In this document: positions 53,279 to 64,000 of the stretch, piece by piece
Position numbering within the stretch: the stretch's first letter is position 1
How the letters are laid out: each line of letters begins with the position of its first letter
Assembly: GCA_012295275.1 (NCBI GenBank)
Contig: CM022678.1
Coordinates: forward strand, 3,782,001 to 3,846,000
Length of the DNA stretch: 64,000 nt
Source of the DNA: Chrysomallon squamiferum
Taxonomy: Eukaryota; Animalia; Mollusca
Direction of reading: 5' to 3'
Made by a program: the position numbers and the translations under genes
Notes under the pieces: generated by a model
What the model was told of the DNA's origin: nothing
The model's database searches: none
Seen by the model: the letters and a program-made list of their open reading frames with translations, nothing else

Positions 53279-54290
53279 ATGGATAGATGTTACTACAACT
53301 ATTACTGCAGTTACTGAGTTAGGATACTGCTGTCTGTCTATTGCAGTTAGTAAATAAACCTACTTCAGCTATTACAGATTATGTACACATTTTATATACT
53401 ATGTAATAGCTGACAGAAGTGTAACAAAAATTGACCAGCTAGAAATACAAGAACAGTAAATTCTTTTGTTGTGCAGTGAATAGATTACAGGTATTATAAT
53501 ATATACAGTAGGCTAAATATTTTTAGGATACTGCTTGTCTGTCTATTGCAGTTAGTAAAACTTGGTATTTTTGCAAATACCAAGGTACTATAAGAGTATA
53601 TTATAGTAATATTGTGATGAAAAGGTTTAGGTAGGGGTGGGTGGGTGGGTGTGTGTGTGTGTGCAGAATTTAAAAAACCCAAACAAAAGAAAGATAGGTA
53701 AAATTTTATTCCTTTGAAATCCCATTTGCATAGTCATATATCAAATAATAAATGTGTATCTGAACACATAATTTAAAAAATGTAAGTGATCAATGGGTTT
53801 ATTTTCTGAGATATTACATCACTGACCACTAGTAATTACTTATTTTAAAATTTTTATATAAAAACAAATGTGCACAAAAATCAATGACAAATTCTTAACA
53901 TTCTTTAATATGAAGTTATTAAAAATAAATAAATACACAAGACTTAACAATAACAATATAACCCTCAGAAATATGAAAACATATTTTTGATCCCAAAATG
54001 GCTTTCAAATGCAATTTAATAATGTAATCATAATAAAAAATAAATAAATAAACAAATACTGTGGAAATAATTACTGGTGTGTAGATGCATGTGTGTGTAT
54101 ATAAAATCATAAAATTTCTGAATGAAAGTATTACACAATGTAAAAATAAAAAATAAAAATCTAAACAGCTACCAAATATGCCAAGATAACAATTTAAAAA
54201 CAATGGTAAACCACATCAACATTTCCACTTATCCACTAAAAAATGAAAACAAAAAAATTACAATTTTCAACAAAAATAGAAGGGGGGAGA

Positions 54291-54547
54291 AGGGCCTATG
54301 AGAGGGTGGGTCCAGCCGGTACTTTGTCCTGGGACCCAAGAGCTAAGAAGGACCCCACAGCAAGCATGCATTAACTAAATATGTTTGTTACATTATGTAA
54401 TATCTGATCATGGAAATAAAGAATTTATGAGAGTTTACATGTAGATTTACTGGACATCAAATCCTTAATTTTGAGAAAAATCTTTGCCTGCCTTGGGGCC
54501 CAAAAGGGGTCTTGTACCACCTTGCAACATTTCTCTTTGATGCCCTG
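54291..54547. mobile_element. Possible degenerate hAT-type MITE
   Basis: GC-rich ends agggcctatgagag ... ctctttgatgccctg form an imperfect inverted repeat, with internal ggggccc motifs; no clear TSD. Confidence 0.3.
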
Positions 54548-55127
54548 GGTGGGGGGTGAAGTTTCATTCATTGTGTGATTTGATAAGGAATAACCCATGA
54601 TGGATTTTCAGGGAATAATGACACAATTTCAAGTCAAGATATCAGCTAAAAAAAACAACAATAAAATTTAAAAAAACATGGTTTATGAATTCACCATAAA
54701 TGGACATTCTGGTGACAAGAAATAATACCGTAAAGCTTAACAGTTTGCATCACTTTTTTTTAAGTAGATGCTAATCTTTATCTCTAATACAACTTTAGAG
54801 AAAATGTAAAATATGTTTTGAAATGAATAAAGTAAAATTTCAAAATAACCACAAATTAAAATTTGTTTTTTAAAAATTCATTATCAGTGTAACTGATTGT
54901 GGAACCGTGTAAAATAATGAATTGGAGAATGTAAATAAATTTCTACAACAAGCTGAGAATAAGAAAAAAATTAAAATAATAATCTGGAAAACGTTAAAGC
55001 TAAAATATATACAAATATAATATTATTATTTGAAAATTTTAAAAATTTTACATAGAAAATTGAAATCAGTGAAATGTAATTTAAAATTAATGGCATGTAT
55101 GTTTTGTTTTACTTAAACAAGAAAAAC

Positions 55128-55183
<56 letters not shown>

Positions 55184-55671
55184 ACACTGGTGTCCCCAGC
55201 ATTTGTGAAAGGGATGGTGGGAACCAGTGTAACTGGTGCCAGTTAATCGAAGGGATAACAACAACATCAGCAATACGCAAACATAAATTACCATCATCTT
55301 AATATCAGTCCAACAGCATTATGGTTCTGTGGTAGAAAACTAGAAGTTGTCTGACTCGTAATTAAATAATTTATCACTGCTAAATAAACAACTGTGTGTA
55401 TGTGTTTATTATCATTACTGATTTTAATTATATTTAGTTTTTCTTTCTTTTAGGTTCATGAACAAGACAGTAAGGAAAATGAAGCCACAATAAATCAGAT
55501 GTGTTTCATTATCATGGTACTTCAGTATTACTTAAGAATAATTACATATAATAACATGAGCTATTGTCAAAAATAAATGTCCCCAAATAGTTTTGTCACA
55601 ATTTTCTTCACTCACAGTCTATATTTTGTTTTATTACAATACAAGCATTATACAGGCAAATTTTCGATTTA

Positions 55672-55802
55672 TTCTTATATTAAAGGTGCTTTGATTTTAA
55701 TAGTGGAATTATACTAAAGAAAACCAGTATTGTCTTAAAGAAGGACCTCTCTTTTCCACAGAGGAATATTAATGAACACATCTTTTTATTTTTCTATTAT
55801 TA

Positions 55803-55845
<43 letters not shown>

Positions 55846-56048
55846 TTTTCTCATTTTATAATTTTCATGATGTAGCTGGATTTCATTTATTCTTATTATT
55901 TTCGTGACGAAATCGAATTAATTTGTAATTTCATTTAATCTTATATTAAAGGTGCTTTGATTTTAGTAGTGGAAATATACTAAAGAAAACCTATATTCTC
56001 TTAAAGAAGGAGCTCTCCTTTTGACAGAGGAATTTTGGTGAACACATT
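55672..56048 (+). repeat. ~110-bp direct duplication in the EXOSC6 copy B promoter
   Basis: tcttatattaaaggtgctttg...gaacacat at ~55672-55781 and ~55940-56048; single copy in copy A (1510-1620, minus). Confidence 0.8.
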
Positions 56049-57406
56049 GGAATGGCTGCTTCCATGTGGTAAAACGTTTTGTGAAGTAGAAATCGTTATC
56101 GAACAATCATGCCAAGTGATACGAGACGTATAACTGGTCCTGAAGTTACATTAAACCCGTATACATTTGTGAAATCAGATGTCATTGATGAAAATGTAAG
56201 ATATCTTTTACAGCCATTTATGATCGTTCGTCGCATAGATTATCATTATCAATGTCACGTGAATGTGAATATGAATATCAATTTATCATTATGGTCATTA
56301 TGATTATCAGAGATTTTAACTTAATTATTGACAGTCTGAGTATTAATTGGTGACTAAAATCAATAAAGTAATATAGTAATATTTCTAATAATCATTATAA
56401 TAATGTAAATGATAATTCATAATTAAAATCTGTTAACTGTTTAGCGAATATATTATATATATTAAGTTTATTAAAGTGACTGAATTCCACAGAGCTGCTA
56501 TAATGTCTGATAGTTAAACCTCAGCTGTTTGAAACAGTTAAAATCTTTGAATCATTTATTTGATTAATTATTAAAAATTATTTTATATTTTTTCCACTTT
56601 TCAAAAGTTAAATACCAGTGTGCGACAAGATGGACGAAAACCCGAAGAGGTTCGACCTTTGTGTAAGTTAAATTATTTTGTATCTGCTTGGAAATAAACT
56701 ATAAATAATAAAATGTCTTAGTTTCTTCCTGAACTAGATTTATTTATTCTTTTATTTATTTTATTTTGGATTAGTTTAGTTTAGTCAAGAACTGTTTGAA
56801 ATTGAAAAATATTTGTAACTTCTCTGGTATCTTTACTTATTTATGTCATTAACAAATGGTGTATTGTTTTTATTTAATTATATATCACTAATAGTTTTGT
56901 TAATATACCTGTCCTTGTCATGTGACAGGTTTATCAGAAGTGATGAACTACTATTTTCCTGTGTTGTACATAATGCACATAAAATATTTGTTATTATTCA
57001 TTTTAAAAAAGATGAGCTACTGCAATATGATGTGAATTTTTTCTTTCATTACTTAAGCTTCTCACAACACTGTATAATGAGTTTATTTTTAAAAAAATAA
57101 AAAAGTATTTAAAATTTTAATAAATCTTAAATATTTCTCTTTTAGTTTTACGAGCTGGTGTGATAAGTCAGGCTCATGGATCAGCCTACATCGAACAAAA
57201 CCAGACCAAAGTTATACCTGCAGTGTAAGTATTATAAACCATTCTAAAGGTAACTACTGTAAGTAGGCTAAAGTTATATAGGTAACTATATTAAGTATTA
57301 TACACATCAAAACTATTCTAAAGTTAAATATGTAAGTATATACAAATAAATCATAATAACATCATATATAAGTATCATATTCAACAAATCATACTAAAAT
57401 TACTGA

Positions 57407-57451
<45 letters not shown>

Positions 57452-57452
<1 letters not shown>

Positions 57453-58244
57453 TGTATATACTTGTGTATAAGTCGAATTTTTGGGAGACTATATTAAGGT
57501 AATATTTTGGGGGTCGACTTATACATAGGTAATGCTTTTGTAGCTGTTGCCGAAGAGTCACCATTTTGACTATTTTTTGCTACGGGATGCATCTAAAATG
57601 ATCGCGGTCTTTCAGCTTTTCAAAAATATAATTTTATCGTATAAAAAATTGTGAAAAATTAAATAACAAAACCAAATATTAAGGTAAAACATGATATTCT
57701 TCCGTTTAATGACATAAAAATACATTTTAAAGCGAGAAAACCGTCAATACGGCGTTATGTCTTACGGCGTGTTGCAATGATCTAGGAATGCAGACTTCTC
57801 TGCCAAATTGCACTAAATATCGGTCCTAATTTCATAAACAAAACTTACTTGTTTAATTGTAAAGAATTTGGTGAAATAATATTGCAATCGTCATTAATAT
57901 CCTCTACCGACAAATTTTGTAAATCATGGAATGGCTAAATATAACGGTAAGTTAGGTCTCCATGTTAGACTTATTACATTAAAGATATACTATTTATGAT
58001 ACATTTAGGCTATAGCTCGTGTAATACATGCATTTACATTATTATGGTATGTTCGTGCAAGTTATGTTACAGTAGGCATACAATGTAGGCCTTCATGGCA
58101 CTGTCACACTGGTCTAAAAATAGTGACAGTGCCTGGAATCTACAGTCGACTTATACACAAGTAATACCTAAAATGACGCAATTTTTAGTCTTAAAATACA
58201 CATCGACTTATACATAAGGTCGCCTTGTACACAAGTATATACGG
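57452..58244. mobile_element. Non-autonomous Tc1/mariner superfamily (Tc2/pogo-like) MITE, ~793 bp
   Basis: TIRs ctgtatatacttgtgtataagtcga / tcgccttgtacacaagtatatacgg, TA on both flanks, subterminal tcgacttatac repeats (~57514, ~58146, ~58203), no ORF. Confidence 0.88.
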
Positions 58245-58772
58245 TAAGTATCATACTCAAAAAAACCTCATAAGGTTATATCTATGTGAGTATTAATACT
58301 ATTATACACAAATTTCCAAAAGCTCAGGTGAACATCTACATCACAGTTCTTCAAAACGATGGCAGTGGTAAGAGTTTAATTTTTTAATTTTACAGTTCTG
58401 TGGGATTCTCATTTTTTTCTCCGTCTCTCTCTCTCATTTTTCATAGTCTGATTTTATTTTATTAATATTATATATTATGATTAGTGTTAAAAGATTTTTT
58501 TATTAATATTGTGTATTATAATCATAATGTTTTAAATATATTAAATGTGTTTATTTCTTGTGTGAATCATGCAGATCAGTTCAAGCAGATATCAACATTA
58601 GTTTAATAATTTAACCATACCTTACTCTGTCATCACATCAGATTCTGCATCACACACCTCCCAACTGATCTGTACATTTTCTTTTTAATATTTTCTTCTC
58701 TATTTGTTTTTTTTCCAGCTCTTGCTGCAGCTATAACCTGTGCAGCTGTTGCCCTGGCTGATGCAGAAATTG

Positions 58773-59822
58773 AGATGTATGATTTAGTAAATGGGTGTTC
58801 ATCTGTAAGTCTGATATTAAAATGTTTATTTGTTAGATGTACGATTTAGTAACTGGGTGTTCATCTGTAAGTTTGATATTAAAATGTTTATTTGTTAGAT
58901 GTACGATTTAGTAACTGGGTGTTCATCTGTAAGTTTGATATTAAAATATTTATTTGTTAGATGTACGATTTAGTAACTGGGTGTTCATCTGTAAGTTTGA
59001 CATTAAAATGTTTCTTTGTTAGATGTACGATTTAGTAACTGGGTGTTCATCTGTGAGTTTGACATTAAAATGTTTATTTGTTAGATGTACGATTTAGTAA
59101 CTGGGTGTTCATCTGTGAGTTTGACATTAAAATGTTTATTTGTTAGATGTACGATTTAGTAACTGGGTGTTCATCTGTGAGTTTGACATTAAAATGTTTA
59201 TTTGTTAGATGTACGATTTAGTAACTGGGTGTTCATCTGTGAGTTTGATATTAAAATGTTTATTAGTTAGATGTACGATTTAGTAACTGGGTGTTCATCT
59301 GTAAGTTTGATATTAAAATGTTTATTAGTTAGATGTATGATTTAGTAACTGGGTGTTCATCTGTAAGTTTGACATTAAAATATTTATTTGTTAGATGCAT
59401 GAATCTGTATGTTTGATATTAAAATGTTTATTTGTTAGATTTCTGATTTAGTGACTGGGTGTTCATCTGTAAGTTTGATATTAAAATGTTTATTTGTTAG
59501 ATGCATGAATCTGTATGTTTGATATTAAAATGTTTATTTGTTAGATTTCTGATTTAGTGACTGGGTGTTCATCTGTAAGTTTGATATTAAAATGTTTATT
59601 TGTTAGATGCATGAATCTGTATGTTTGATATTAAAATGTTTATTTGTTAGATGTCTGATTTAGTAACTGGGTGTTCATCTGTAAGTTTGATATTAAAATG
59701 TTTATTTGTTAGATGTCTGATTTAGTAACTGGGTGTTCATCTGTAAGTTTGATATTAAAATGTTATTTGTTAGATGTCTGATTTAGTAACTGGGTGTTTA
59801 TCTGTATGTTTGATATTAAAAT
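58773..59822 (+). repeat. 62-bp tandem repeat (15 long units + three 44-bp variants) spanning the EXOSC6 exon 6 donor
   Basis: Units start at 58773, 58835, 58897...59331, then alternate 44/62 bp from 59393. Unit = ag atgtacgatttagtaactgggtgttcatct gtaagtttgatattaaaatgtttatttgtt. Confidence 0.97.
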
Positions 59823-60094
59823 GCTTAGTTTTTCATTTATTTACATATTCACTGTAATTACAGAAAACTGCACTAATTTAGTTCATGTTTTCTAAGGAAA
59901 TGACAGAAATATTTTACTGGTGAAAGGGTTGAAGATTTCTTTAGGTTGTTGTTGATTATATTTAGTCAGATTTCTAAACAGATATTTTACTGGTGAAAGG
60001 GTTGAAGATGTCTGTAGGTTGCTGTTGATTATATTTAGTCTGATTTTCAAAATAAATAACAGAAATATTTCACTGCAGGATGAGTTGAAAATGT

Positions 60095-60790
60095 GTTTAG
60101 GTTATTCTTCTTCTGACAGGTCAGTCAATCTCTTCTCCATGGTGTCTCCAATGAATAGTTTTCCCATTTCAGTCAAGTGATCAGCAGCAGCAAATAATGT
60201 TTTTTATCTTGACCTTCCCATAAACTGGATGTCTCATAACACAGACATCTGGTTTTGATGCACTGACTGAAAGAAAAAATTGTTCTGTAGGTGTAACAGC
60301 AATAAGATTTGAACCTGAAAAGTTTCAGGTGTGAGGACTTTCTAACCAACAAGTCTCCGGCTGTGAAAGGTTTAAATTGATGAGTCACATGATGATCATC
60401 ATCGTCATTAAACAGGTCTGATGTAACACTGTTGGGCAAAAGACTCAACATGTTGTTTCCATGTCATCAAATGTTGAGTTATCATCTTCCAATACTCATC
60501 TAGTTCATTCCTCAGCTTCCTCTAGATTACTTCCCTTGGTATGGCCTCCAAATGATGATACACACTGGTTCACTGGTTATTTTTACTTCTACCAAAGTGT
60601 CCTGTTCAGGTTTACTTGTGTCTTCTCACCTATTAAAATCACAACCCTAACCTTTGCTTTTATTACCTGTATGTGTTGATTAGCATAGTTCTTTCTATCT
60701 TTGTTTGGCTGCTAGTGAGTTACATTCCTGTTTAATTAGTGTCCATATTTCCCCATTAGTTCATTGCTGGAAGTATGCTACATATAGACA
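60095..60790 (-). mobile_element. Possible decayed coding (transposase-like) insertion in EXOSC6 intron 6
   Basis: Higher GC and complexity than its flanks, with broken peptide-like stretches (AAADHLTEMGKLFIGDTMEKRL); no TIR recognised. Confidence 0.3.
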
Positions 60791-60805
60791 TATGTTCAAG
60801 CAGTC

Positions 60806-60842
<37 letters not shown>

Positions 60843-62289
60843 AAAAACAGGATTTCAGGATAACATTATATGTAACTATATATTAATATATTATTTTATA
60901 CATATACATACAGAGGGTTTTTCAAGATGTTATTCTGTTGGACCCCACAGACAAAGAAGAGTACAGACAAGAGGTAAGTAAATAAATTAATAAACTAAAT
61001 GTTTTGGGGTGTTTTTTGTTGTTTTATTAGACCATTATTTAATTAGATTTATAAATTAATGTACTTTGTGAATAATAAAAGAACAAATTTGTTTTTATTA
61101 TTATTGTTATTAATAGTATTATTATTATATATCTGTTGTAAAACTATTAATATTGTATATGCATGCATGTGGTTGTATGTATGTTTGTGTGTGTGTGCAC
61201 ATTTCAGATATAATAAAACATTCTGGGGGTGCCCAAGTAGTGTGGCATTTCTAATATTTAAATTATCATTTATCACTTTCATCAGTGAATGTTAAAATAA
61301 CATAACCTTTTTATTTAATATTTTTATTTACAACTATATTTAAGCTTCTGTTTAAAATAAATTATTATTTGTTTAACGTTGTATTTAAATTTTCATTTTC
61401 TTTCTTATTTATTTTATTTTTTATAGTAGTTTATCATATTTAATATTTATTTTATTGATGTTTTTTTTGTTTTTCTGTTTTAAGTTGAAATCTAATAGTG
61501 GAGGCTCAGTCACTGTAGGATTGATGTCATCACTAAACCAGATTTCAGCACTTACATCAAGAGGAGAAATAGATTTCAACCTCCTCAGCAAGGTAATTTT
61601 AACAAGGTTGATTTTTAACCTCGCTAACAAGCAGATTTTAGCTTTATCACATTCGATGTTTCAAAAAACAATTTAACCTTCCAGTAACATAATTTGTAAT
61701 AAGCTGCAGTAACATAAATTGTAAATATTCCTTTAGTTTTAATTTAAATGGGAGAATTCTTTAAAAATATTTTTTTATTATTATTATTTTTTTTTTACTT
61801 CACTTCTGATTTTTATTTTTATTTTCTTTATTCCAGGCAGTGAAACTGTGTATTGAGACCTGTCAGAAATTGTATCCTGTTTTACAAGCAGCACTAGACA
61901 AGTCTCTACGCCACAAAGTAAAAGAATCAACAATATAAAAAATAATAATAATGTATACAATTCTGTAAAATAAAACTTCTGTATTTGCCAGTGTCTTTGT
62001 TAGAATTTATTCCTTATTACAGAAGCGAGATTCCAGGTTTAAATGCAGACACATATGAGTGGGCTCTAATCCTAAGTAATTTGTGGGACTGATACTCGTT
62101 TGTTTATGAATTGTTTTTGTTACCATTGATTAAGGGATGATGGAGTAAAAAAAAAAATGAAAAAAATTATTTTTGTTTTTTCTCCATTTGTAAGTTTTAC
62201 TGTTTTTCTCTATTTTCTACAACGGTGACTGTATATTGGTGTATGTCTGTGTGTGTGTTTGTCTGTACAATTACTAAACACTCAGTATC

Positions 62290-62745
62290 ATTAATTCCAT
62301 ACACCACCGCGTTCTTACACATTTTATCCTGGTCAAACATCAGCATTGCCCAGTTCATCTCCTTATAAACATGCAGGTTCTGTCCCTCAGATGGTGAACC
62401 TCTTCTTCTCAGGGATGTCAGATTGGCAAATTTTACAAGAAACTAATAATCTTGTATTACTGGCTTTGAAAATAAATTTAATTCATTTTTTGAAATATTT
62501 TACCAGTTATTCAGATGAACTGGCTTCTTTTTTTTTTTTTTTTTTTTTAATTAAAAGAATATTTTGTATTATGTTATTTTTAATAAACCTACTAGTTTCT
62601 ATTTTCAACCCTGTCAGCAGACGTTTTACACAGTATTTTGCTACCATTCTTTCTGCACCTTGTACAAATATAAAACAAAAAAATCTTAGCTCACTTTGGA
62701 TAGGCAGATCGATACATTTTACATCGTTGTCTAGTAGAGAATTCG
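62290..62745 (-). pseudogene. Second copy of the unidentified spliced gene remnant
   Basis: Inverted paralog of 11110-11640 (LDNDVKCIDLPIQ|gtgagc; GAERMVAKYCVKRLLTGLK; KFANLTSLRRRGSP). Confidence 0.35.
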
Positions 62746-63129
62746 ACAGTCTGAACACCAATATTAAACATGTTTCTATTTTTCCGGGTTTATTTATTTA
62801 TTTATTTATTTTTATTTCTTATAAAGTCTGTGATATTTGTAGTACAACAACTCGTTGTGATTGTGACAAATGAGCTTAGAAATCGTAAATGAATTTCAAC
62901 TAACATACACGTACTGAATTTATATTCCTATAATTTAATTCGCTGAATAAAATACTGCGGTGAGCAGTTCTGTTATTAGTTACAGCTGATTGACTGTAAA
63001 CTAAACAACGAAATAAAAAAAGAAACACAATCTGACGCTTATAAGCCGCCTACGAACTCGTTCTTTTTCAAATGTTGCGCTTCAAGCACAATCACTTGGT
63101 AACCGTCTATCGGTTGCATTGTTTTTATT

Positions 63130-63182
<53 letters not shown>

Positions 63183-63190
63183 CATTATTA

Positions 63191-63221
<31 letters not shown>

Positions 63222-63845
63222 TTTATTTATTACTTTTCTTGGGGGTGTTTATGTTATTTGTTTATTACCTTTTGATTTAATTTTTATTCTTTCTTCGTAA
63301 AATTCCATAAATCAGTCCTGGTTCAATGACTGAAACAATAAATCACCCCATTGTAGCACCAAACGTGTATCGATACTGTAAACACTCAGACGTTGTTTTT
63401 TCATTCCGGGTGGGGGAACTGTGGAAAGACGTGACAGCAAGTATCTGCTAAAGTGTGTATATAAACCTTTTTATTCAGTCAGTTGATTATGTTTTAGAAG
63501 CATGTTCACTCCAATCGTTTCTCTAAATATGCCCTGTTAGCTCAGTAACATGGCACTGAACTGCAGGTCAACAACAGTGTATGTAAAAAAACAACAACAG
63601 AAAGACAATAAACTATAAGAAATTTTTTATATATCTGTTCTATCTGCGGTAGAAGCAACAACAACAACAACAGAAGAACACGAACATGAAAAGATGATGA
63701 GTAATAATAAAAACAGTCACATATTTTTATCAATAACTAATTTATTTTTTGTATTATTGTAGAGAATTACAAACAAATTATAACGAATTTCATAGATTAG
63801 GTGCAATCAAAGTTATGTACTCGTTCATATTAAACTATGTATATA

Positions 63846-63880
<35 letters not shown>

Positions 63881-64000
63881 GTTAACAACATGATCCATTT
63901 CTTTATCATTTACATATTTTTATTCTTCCATCTTTTTTGGTTTTTGTTAGCTTAATTTTTAAAACGTTTTAGTAAAATGCTTTAAATAAACTAAATTTAT

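Larger units (their letters stand above)
56109..61938 (+). pseudogene. EXOSC6: EXOSC6/MTR3 copy B: exons 56109-56195, 56608-56662, 57146-57224, [exon 4 deleted], 58307-58367, 58719-58804, 60914-60973, 61485-61592, 61837-61938
   Basis: MPSDTRRITGPE..., RQDGRKPEEVRPL, FLRAGVISQAHGSAYIE...TKV, HKFPKAQV...NDGS, ALAAAITCAAVALADAEIEMYDLV, LLDPT, TVGLMSSLNQIS are characteristic Mtr3 peptides. Splice phases are consistent except that exon 4 and the exon 5 acceptor are missing. Confidence 0.9.

Noticed and set aside
58773-59822. CRISPR-like array
   Set aside because: No unique spacers; head-to-tail repeat derived from an exon/intron junction in a eukaryotic gene, and no cas genes.

Overview
AT-rich, microsatellite-dense, intron-containing animal DNA; gene content suggests a lophotrochozoan, probably a mollusc (inference). 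The window is a birth-and-death innate-immunity/cell-death cluster built from segmental duplications. It holds four single-exon BIR-BIR-UBA IAP genes without a RING (one frameshifted) and two RING-Bbox-Bbox-coiled coil-SPRY-like TRIM genes (one with a CGA>TGA stop). It also holds a giant NLR-like gene: a STAND (nSTAND3-type) NTPase followed by about 70 ankyrin repeats, 18 of them carrying 7-13 aa loop inserts, plus three small upstream exons I assembled that encode a Q/N-rich amyloid/RHIM-like segment, cut off from the main exon by an apparent 2-bp frameshift. Three broken copies of the exosome gene EXOSC6/MTR3 travel with the IAP-TRIM cassette, and tandem repeats have grown from their 5' splice sites in three introns; one forms an array of AG-flanked, in-frame, GT-terminated pseudo-microexons. 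A Tc2/pogo-type MITE and an ankyrin pseudogene fragment are also present. All gene models and alignments were made by eye; no database search was run.
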